IMG/VR virus record: IMGVR_UViG_3300009130_000005 | Span: 32,001 to 96,000 of that record | Direction: 5' to 3' (one strand) | Length of the DNA: 64,000 nt | Source: a virus | In this document: in pieces, positions 57,196-64,000 of the stretch | How positions within the stretch are numbered: the stretch's first letter is position 1 | Layout: each line of letters opens with the position of its first letter | Position numbers and translations under genes: made by a program | The notes under the pieces: model-generated | What the model was told of the DNA's origin: nothing | The model's database searches: none | The model's input: only the letters and a program-made list of their open reading frames with translations

Positions 57196-57531
57196 TCATA
57201 AACCATAGGAATAACTGATATGAAGCATAACAACCTCTCATCTGTTCTCAATAACCTCAAAGGGCGATTCGTTTCGGTTCTTGTCAAGGATGGTGCAAAT
57301 CGCACTTCCTATTCGGCAAAGCTGAAGAGTCACAACTCTGAGGTGGTAACCTTCGTTGATACTAACGAAAGCAAGGGGCGAGTCTTTCGCAAGGTTCGCA
57401 GGTCTGCGGTGCTTGGGCTGAAAAGCGGTAAGCATTCGTTCCGTAGGACGAAAGCCCTGTAAAGGGCAAATAGGCAAATAGCCGACCAAATAGTCCCAAG
57501 GGCGCAAGCCCTTGGGGCTTAGTGGTTTACG

Positions 57532-57550
57532 GAAATCGCCCAGCGATTTT
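57532..57550 (+). repeat. Dispersed palindromic element copy R4
   Basis: GAAATCG-CCCAG-CGATTTT followed by CATGCCAA. Confidence 0.85.
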
Positions 57551-57635
57551 CATGCCAAAGTTTTTTTGAGAAAAGGCTTGACTTATGGCTGACTTCTGTC
57601 ATAATTGTATTCAGTTCTTTTGATAATCAAGTTGT

Positions 57636-57761
57636 GGGCTTGTAGCTTAGTCTGGTCTAGAGCCTTGTCCTCCTTCATCGTGAAATTCTAGATAAATTAG
57701 CGAACGGAGTAATTACCCGTGGAGCAAACAAGAGGCGGGGGTTCAAATCCCTCCAAGCCCT
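57636..57761 (+). ncRNA. tRNA-like RNA with ~50-nt insertion in the anticodon loop
   Basis: Acceptor GGGCTTG/CAAGCCC, D-arm GCTT...GAGC, T-arm GGGGG-TTCAAAT-CCCTC, 57-nt loop; own promoter (TTGACT 57578, CATAAT 57600). Confidence 0.75.
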
Positions 57762-57856
57762 GCTCTTTCAGTAGATGCAAACGCATTGAACAACGAGGCG
57801 TCAGTACACGCCTACAACCCTTCGGGGAGAGAGAAAGAGGTACAACACACAACACT

Positions 57857-57986
57857 TTGGGCATACAACGGACAAGGCTATGGCGAATGAGTTATATCTT
57901 GCCAAGGATAGGAGGCGAAAGCCGTTTGAACTAGCAGTAAGAATAGCAACAAGTCGGTGGGATGCGAGTGGTTGACCAATGCCCAA
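57857..57986 (+). ncRNA. Putative structured ncRNA (~130 nt)
   Basis: Closing stem TTGGGCAT/ATGCCCAA, TGGCGA/TTGCCA stem, GGC-GAAA-GCC tetraloop. Confidence 0.45.
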
Positions 57987-58963
57987 TCTTTTTCAAAAAA
58001 AACCCTTGACAAAAACACATAATCTGTCATACTTATAATCATGAATAACACGGAATCACAATTAGCTTCATTTGAAAATTTGGAATTCAATCAACACCCT
58101 CGCTTTGCTGAAGGCACGGCTATTCAAGCGAGACTCAAGTTTGGGTCGAGAGACCAATTTGAGATTTCAGTCGTCCAAAACATTGGAAGTGGCACAGGCT
58201 TATATGGTCACGAGGATGACAACACTTACGAAGTCGCAATGTGGTTCGATGGAAGAAACACCATGCTTCCCTTATCTCTTTACGACGATGTTCTCGCAGG
58301 ACAATCTCCAAGCGACATCACTCGCCTAATGCATCAAGCACATCTCAACGATTTTGCTTGGGTTACCCTTCTTCACTCTTTGCGAGACGAACATCGCAAG
58401 GAAATGGAGCTTGACAACTAACCTTAACTCTGTCATTATATATGAATTACTCAACCATAGAAGGTTGCATAAGACAATCAACACAAAACAAAATTATGGA
58501 TACACAAAACAACCAATATATAGTTCTCAAGAATGGAGAACCAATGAACATCAAAGGAACGCTTGAGCAAATTACTCATCATGTACGCTTGCTAGAGCAA
58601 GGACTCAATCGACACCTCCAACACTCACCCTATACTATCGGCAAAGCCGATGCAAACTAATTACAAACAAAAAAAGGTATAACTATGAACGAATTCATAA
58701 ATGCGGTAGATAAAATTGTAACGGCTCAACTTGGACTAAGCGTCCATGACTTAGAGGACTTTGCTTTTTGCGATTACTATGACGAAACTTTTGACCCCGA
58801 TGGTTACGACTATCAAAATGCAGTCGAATCCTGTGCGGAAGATTTTCTCGCTGAAGTTGGGAATCTCTTTGTGATGTAGTGATGTGATTAGTCTCTAGGG
58901 CGAAATAGGAAGATGCCAAATACCTACCCTAGTTCGCAAGTCCTTAGGCATCAGGGGCTTGCG

Positions 58964-58982
58964 AAAATCGCCCCGCGATTTT
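58964..58982 (+). repeat. Dispersed palindromic element copy R5
   Basis: AAAATCG-CCCCG-CGATTTT. Confidence 0.85.
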
Positions 58983-59271
58983 TTTAAAGCGTTTTGTAAG
59001 TAATTAGCCTCCAATGCTTTACGAAAGAAAAAAAGTTAGTTTTATGCGTTTTTGGGGTTGACTTAACCCCCTATTTCTGCATAATGGTATATATGAACGC
59101 TAAAGAAAGAATGAATGAATGGAAAAAGCTTCCCGCTAACACTATCCCGTGGGAAACTTTCAAACGCCTAGTGTCTCAGTTCGGAATGGACGAAGGCATA
59201 AAGAAAGCTCAAAAGATAATTGAAAAAAAGGGTTGACTTCACACGAAAATCTGTCATACTAAAGGGATATT

Positions 59272-59994
59272 ATGATAAAACAAACATTGCTCACATCAGG
59301 AAACGCTAAAATTGTCAAGGGCGAAAAACTTGGCTACATTACAAAAGGGCTTCACTTCGCTCCTGCAAACCTTTCGGGGTTTGAGGTTTGCCGTTGGAGA
59401 AGCAAGGGTTGCACAATGGCTTGCCTCAACACAGCAGGTCGTGGACAAATGGACTCTATTCAAAATGCTCGCATCGCAAAGACAAAGCTATTCTTCGAGA
59501 AGCAGTTTGACTTTCTTGCAAAGCTAACAAAAGAGATTGCTTCCACTATCAAGTCAGCAGCCAAGAAAGAAATGCAAGCAGTTTTTCGTTTGAACCTCAC
59601 GAGCGACATTGCATGGGAATCTGTTTTCTTTGATGAAGAAAAGCCTCAAAACATTTTCGACAAGTTTCCCGAAACGAAATTTTATGATTACACTAAGTCT
59701 TTCGGGCGTATGGCTCAATTCCTCAATGGCGAGTTGCCAAGCAATTACCATTTGACTTTCTCAGCTTCCGAGCATAACCAAAAGCTAGTCGAGATGGTTT
59801 TGGAAATGGGGGGTAATGTTGCCGTGGTCTTTCGTGACCAACTGCCTTGTACTTGGAAGGGTTTTGAAGTTGTCAATGGTGATGCAAACGATTTGCGTTT
59901 CCTTGACAAGTCGGGCGTGGTCGTTGGGCTTATCGAAAAAGGTCTTGCCAAAAAGGACGAAACAGGATTCGTACAGGAAGGGGTAAATTCATGA
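59272..59994 (+). CDS. Gene88/GP88-like Cys-motif phage protein
   Basis: N.K..K, LHFAPA, VC...S.GC...CL..AGRG, RLN.TSD, FYDYTK, GD.NDLRFLD. Confidence 0.6.
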   Translation: MIKQTLLTSGNAKIVKGEKLGYITKGLHFAPANLSGFEVCRWRSKGCTMACLNTAGRGQMDSIQNARIAKTKLFFEKQFDFLAKLTKEIASTIKSAAKKEMQAVFRLNLTSDIAWESVFFDEEKPQNIFDKFPETKFYDYTKSFGRMAQFLNGELPSNYHLTFSASEHNQKLVEMVLEMGGNVAVVFRDQLPCTWKGFEVVNGDANDLRFLDKSGVVVGLIEKGLAKKDETGFVQEGVNS

Positions 59995-60233
59995 GTGACT
60001 ATTACGAATCAGCAAAAGGAATAATGATAACGAGAGACCGAGCCTTGCAAGAGATTCGGAATCACAATCTAGAAAACTTTGAAGAATTTTTTGAAGACTT
60101 AGGAGACAGAGAACATTATGATGCACAATCCGTCTTGATTTGGCTAGGATACTAAATAGCCAGTTTTCAGGACATTCAGCAAATAGGCAAATAGCTAGTC
60201 TTGACCTAAGTTACTCAGTAGTAGGCATTTGCG

Positions 60234-60252
60234 AAAATCGCCCCGCGATTTT
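60234..60252 (+). repeat. Dispersed palindromic element copy R6
   Basis: AAAATCG-CCCCG-CGATTTT followed by TATGCCAA. Confidence 0.85.
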
Positions 60253-60666
60253 TATGCCAATCGCCTAAGCTCTTGATTGAAAAGCTGTTAGGAGGGCCAA
60301 ACCCATACCATTGCCAAGATAGCAATGACGGGCCAACCCATAACAAAAACTAATTGTGCTAATTCCATATGATTACCTTTCGTTGAAAACTCCTGCGTTT
60401 TGCTCTTGGAACTTGAAGTGGCTATCGTGGCAACGAGAGCGAGAACCGCCAAGCTCACGAAAGTTTCGAATCTCACGAGAGACTTCAAAGCGAGCTTGCC
60501 AAGCCTTACCCCAAGCGTCAGATTGCTCTTGTAGAGACTTTGAGGAATCCCAAAGGGCGTTGCACTCTCTGTTGAGAGTTTCGAATTTTTTGTTCAATTC
60601 TTTTATTTCTAACATAAGTATAATCTAATCTATTTTTTCGTAAATTGCAAGCAAAAAGTGATAAAG

Positions 60667-60939
60667 TTATTCACATTGCATAGCTTTCATTTCATCTCCA
60701 ATCTCTTTCATGATTCGGGCTTGCTCGTTTTCTTTGTCGAGCTTTGCCTTTTCATGCTTGAGGTCGAAAAGTTGACCTTTCAGATCTCTAAGAGTTCCGC
60801 CAAAAACATCGTTGGCAACTGCGATAGTCATTGCAGTTTCGGGCGTAGCCCTTGCGTTCATGCGATCAAGTGCGTTTTGCATTTCAGCAATTTCAATTTC
60901 CTTAAGGCGAATGTGTTCTTCTATTTTCATCAATTTCAT
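60667..60939 (-). CDS. Hypothetical coiled-coil protein
   Basis: Minus-strand ORF with its own promoter; ends in CE*. Confidence 0.55.
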   Translation of the reverse strand: MKLMKIEEHIRLKEIEIAEMQNALDRMNARATPETAMTIAVANDVFGGTLRDLKGQLFDLKHEKAKLDKENEQARIMKEIGDEMKAMQCE

Positions 60940-60990
60940 ATATATAATGTAGCAGAGTTAGTTAGTAATTGCAAGCAAAATCGTATCAAG

Positions 60991-61095
60991 TTATTCACAA
61001 TCTTTCTTGTGCTTAACCTTGCGTGAGTATTTGGACTTGTCCTTGTGAGGGCGAGCCTTAGTGAAAACGATTGGGATTCTTACCTTAACTTTCAT
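60991..61095 (-). CDS. Small basic ArfA-like peptide (not in ORF track)
   Basis: MKVKVRIPIVFTKARPHKDKSKYSRKVKHKKDCE; paralog of 56032..56157. Confidence 0.5.
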   Translation of the reverse strand: MKVKVRIPIVFTKARPHKDKSKYSRKVKHKKDCE

Positions 61096-61184
61096 ATATA
61101 GAATATAGCATATAAAGTTAGCTTTGTCAAATTCTTTTTTCAATTATTTTGCAATGCAAACCTCTGACTATCAAAGGCTTAGCC

Positions 61185-61203
61185 GAAATCGGCGGGCGAT
61201 TTT
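61185..61203 (-). repeat. Dispersed palindromic element copy R7 (inverted)
   Basis: GAAATCG-GCGGG-CGATTTT. Confidence 0.85.
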
Positions 61204-61471
61204 CGACTCAGAAGTCGTGCTGGGCGTGGTAGCCGTAGTCGATGTCCTCAGACTCCTCGAAGTCGAGGAGGGCAACCCTGTCCTGCAGGTCACCGATTTC
61301 GTTGCGAATCGCAACTCGGTCAGCAACCGAAAGGACGCAGTCCTTAAGGGTTTCGTGAAGGATGGAGATTTCTTTGAGCATTTCTGATTTAGTCATACAT
61401 ACAACATACCCAAGAAACAGGCAAAAGTCAAGAAAAACTTTCAACTATTTTATGGACTTATTCTATCAGGA

Positions 61472-61490
61472 AAAATCGCCCGCCGATTTC
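61472..61490 (+). repeat. Dispersed palindromic element copy R8
   Basis: AAAATCG-CCCGC-CGATTTC followed by GTGCCAA. Confidence 0.85.
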
Positions 61491-61730
61491 GTGCCAAAAA
61501 CTTTTTTGCTAATTTCATCATTTTTTGCTTGCGTTTACCTTGCTTTCTGTCATTATATAGGGATGAACACAACAAGAAAACCTCTAACCTTAGATTATAC
61601 AAAATGGACATCCTAACAATTATTGCTCTTACGATCATTCTTTTTCGAGAAATTCAAAATTTTTAGTTGACAGAACTTAAAAACTAGTCTAGTATCATAT
61701 ACAGAATCAAGATTGCTAACCTAAACAAAA

Positions 61731-62369
61731 ATGAACATTGCACAAACTATTGATCCCAAACTCATCGAAAACTCCCTCAACTCTGTTGCAACCAATGGGG
61801 TAACGCATCACGGCTACGCTTTTGAAGAGTTTCTTATTCTCGCCCTTGGATTTACCGAGGAAGATGGCACAACCTACCGATCCGTCAAGCAAGGTGGAAC
61901 TCAACTTCACAACCAAGATTTCGACATTCCTGCCGAGGTTGTCGCTCGCAATCCAATCATTCCCCAAAGTCTCCAAGGGAATTGGTCGGTTAAGGCTTGC
62001 GAACATGGCAAGACGATTGGCTTAGGCATGGCAAGCAATCAGTTTGACGCATGGGCTAAGGATGGCATCGTGCAAGCAATCGCATTCTACAAGAAAGAAG
62101 GTGATCGCAAGGTGGTAACTCATTTCTCAATCCATCGCATCGAGCCATCCGCAAAGCTATGGGGCAACCTCACAAAGGAAAAGATTGCCGAGATCGACCC
62201 AATGGTTCGCAAGGACAAGTCGATCACATGGTCAAAAGAGCAAACCAAAAAGCTCAACAGGTCAGCAAACGGCATGATTGGGTTGCGTAACATTTCAAGA
62301 GAAAAGACCAACTCAAGAAACCTTCAATGCTACATGACTTTTTCCAATTATATGCAATTAGTTGCTTGA
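61731..62369 (+). CDS. Hypothetical protein, possible restriction-endonuclease-like fold
   Basis: HG..FE, D.DI, SVK pattern; weak. Confidence 0.4.
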   Translation: MNIAQTIDPKLIENSLNSVATNGVTHHGYAFEEFLILALGFTEEDGTTYRSVKQGGTQLHNQDFDIPAEVVARNPIIPQSLQGNWSVKACEHGKTIGLGMASNQFDAWAKDGIVQAIAFYKKEGDRKVVTHFSIHRIEPSAKLWGNLTKEKIAEIDPMVRKDKSITWSKEQTKKLNRSANGMIGLRNISREKTNSRNLQCYMTFSNYMQLVA

Positions 62370-62400
62370 CAAAAACCCTAGAATCTGAGAGAATACAATT

Positions 62401-62646
62401 ATGCAAAACACTACTACATACAACGGATGGAAGAATCACGCCACTTGGAATGTCGCACTTTGGATTGGTGGCGACCAAGGACTCTACGAGTTCGCCAAGG
62501 AATGCGAAAGCTACAACGATTTTGTGGAGCAACTCCGTGAGGTTTCGGGTGATAGCTCTATCGGATACCAAACCCCCGACAGGGTAGCTTGGAACGATTC
62601 GGGCATTGACATTCCCGAGCTAGACGAGTACATCGCAAACCTCTAA
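62401..62646 (+). CDS. Conserved phage hypothetical protein
   Basis: YNGW.N.ATWNV.LW, TPD.V.W. Confidence 0.6.
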   Translation: MQNTTTYNGWKNHATWNVALWIGGDQGLYEFAKECESYNDFVEQLREVSGDSSIGYQTPDRVAWNDSGIDIPELDEYIANL

Positions 62647-62673
62647 CACTCAAAGCCTTACGCGATTGGCACA

Positions 62674-62692
62674 GAAATCGCGGGGCGATTTT
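62674..62692 (-). repeat. Dispersed palindromic element copy R9 (inverted)
   Basis: TGGCACA followed by GAAATCG-CGGGG-CGATTTT. Confidence 0.85.
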
Positions 62693-63635
62693 TAATCGAT
62701 TTTTTTTTGCGCATTTCTTTGCCATTCAAGGGGTTATGCAATATTTTTGCACGAGATTGCATTTTTGGGCATTTTTTCTCCGCGAAGGGTGAAAGTTTTT
62801 TTGTTTTTCTATTAGTTGTATATCAAGGACTTATGACAATTTAAGGTAGCTGAATACGAATTTGCTTGCGGTTTTGTCAATTTCTGTCATACTGTATTAC
62901 ATGATTAAGATTAAGAAAGTAACCCCAAAGTTCACGAAAGGCGATGTCCTTATTTCACGAGACAACAAAGTCTTTCAATTCATCGAGGCAGTCGAGCATG
63001 ACACGCTTGGCACGATTGCCAAAGTTCGCCCTTACAGGACAAACCGAGAAGTCGGTATCCGTTTCGAGGATGTAAAACTTCATCCGTTTTTTTCTTAATT
63101 TAGCCCTTGACAGGAACCCCTTTTATCTCTAGTATTACAATCATGACAGAATCACAAAGACTCGAACTCATCGCTAACGCAGTAGCTTCCGCCAACAAGG
63201 TCGCTCCACAGTTTCAAGGACTCCTTGACGAGCTAAAGGCTGAAAAGCTCGCTGAGGACTTAGTTCTCGAACATGGTACTCAACACGCCTCGAAGGAGGA
63301 CATTGAAGAGGAGTTTGTCTCCCTCGATGCAGTCGAGTCCGACAAGGACGACATTGACGAAGATGACGAGAACGTTGTCGATATGGATTTCGTCAGCGAG
63401 TCCATGCGTGAAATTTTCAATTCCTAACCACTAACAGAAAGGCAATCATGTATATTCTCAAAAGTATTCTCAACCAAGCGGGCGCCGTTTGGCAAGTCGA
63501 ATCCATTGCCATGCGCAAGGTAGAGGCCGAAAGGCTTCTCAAGCGTAGGCTTTCAACCAATGACGGTTCTCGCCGTTACGGGTTGTTTCCCGCTTCATAA
63601 ACCCTTAAGACTTAGCCACTTATGAAAGTGGCACA

Positions 63636-63654
63636 GAAATCGCGGGGCGATTTT
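63636..63654 (-). repeat. Dispersed palindromic element copy R10 (inverted)
   Basis: TGGCACA followed by GAAATCG-CGGGG-CGATTTT. Confidence 0.85.
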
Positions 63655-64000
63655 CGCTAACCCCTTGGACATCAGTAAGTTAAGCCCTAAAAAAAGATAA
63701 CTTTCTTCATTTTTTTTTGCAATAGCCCTTGACAAAAGGGGTTTCCTGTGCTATATTATATACATGATTAAGAATAAAACTAGACTCATCGAGATTCACG
63801 AATGGACTTCATTCATCTCTGTCAAGATTCACGAAGATGGAGATTACCCACGGGTTCGCTCCGCAAGTACTCTCAAGTACTTCAACGAGATTCTGAAGGA
63901 TGAGCTTTCGCACGCCCGTTCTCTTGGTTACGAGCCACAAATCAAACGCTCAGGCGTTGGCAAGTTTGGCGGTATCAAGTACAAAGACTTGCACAAACTA

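Noticed and set aside
57719-57934. 71-aa ORF across the tRNA-like locus (likewise 26590..26772 and 47836..48081 over tRNAs)
   Set aside because: They overlap RNA structures and have no coding hallmarks.
48997-63654. Dispersed palindromes as a CRISPR array
   Set aside because: Copies are 0.3-3.8 kb apart, separated by whole genes and in both orientations; no cas genes are visible.
48997-63654. Dispersed palindromes as intrinsic terminators or integron attC sites
   Set aside because: The stems are AT-rich with only three or four strong pairs, R3 sits right after a real terminator, and no RYYYAAC...GTTRRRY attC ends or integrase were seen.

Overview
This 64-kb window looks like part of a large lytic dsDNA (jumbo-type) bacteriophage genome: AT-rich, densely coding, almost all on the + strand, standard genetic code. 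The left part (1-27 kb) carries replication and metabolic genes. These include a DNA Pol III alpha split into PHP, DEDDh exonuclease and core ORFs, a ClpC-type ATPase next to a tmRNA, CysQ, an APS-kinase/HIGH-nucleotidyltransferase fusion, two sulfotransferases, PPase, GuaC, dCMP deaminase, dUTPase, PhoH, a macrodomain protein and tRNAs. The right part (27-64 kb) holds many small hypothetical genes, most with their own sigma70-like promoter and an apparently leaderless start, plus UvsE, RuvB, rIIA/rIIB, DNA ligase and two HhH glycosylase-like genes. Five signals stand out. (1) Ten dispersed copies (49.0-63.7 kb) of a composite intergenic element: a conserved AAATCG-N5-CGATTT palindrome, overlapped in six copies by a sigma54-like GG-N10-GC motif and flanked by IHF-like dyads, sitting at gene-module boundaries in both orientations. 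(2) A tRNA-like RNA with a ~50-nt structured insertion in place of the anticodon loop, plus two other unassigned structured RNAs. (3) A tmRNA with an unusually long, highly basic tag beside ClpC, plus two unannotated ArfA-like peptides. (4) An apparently complete phage-encoded PAPS synthesis/sulfation pathway. (5) Pervasive one-gene-one-promoter leaderless architecture. All functional calls come from motif recognition by eye; no searches or folding programs were run.
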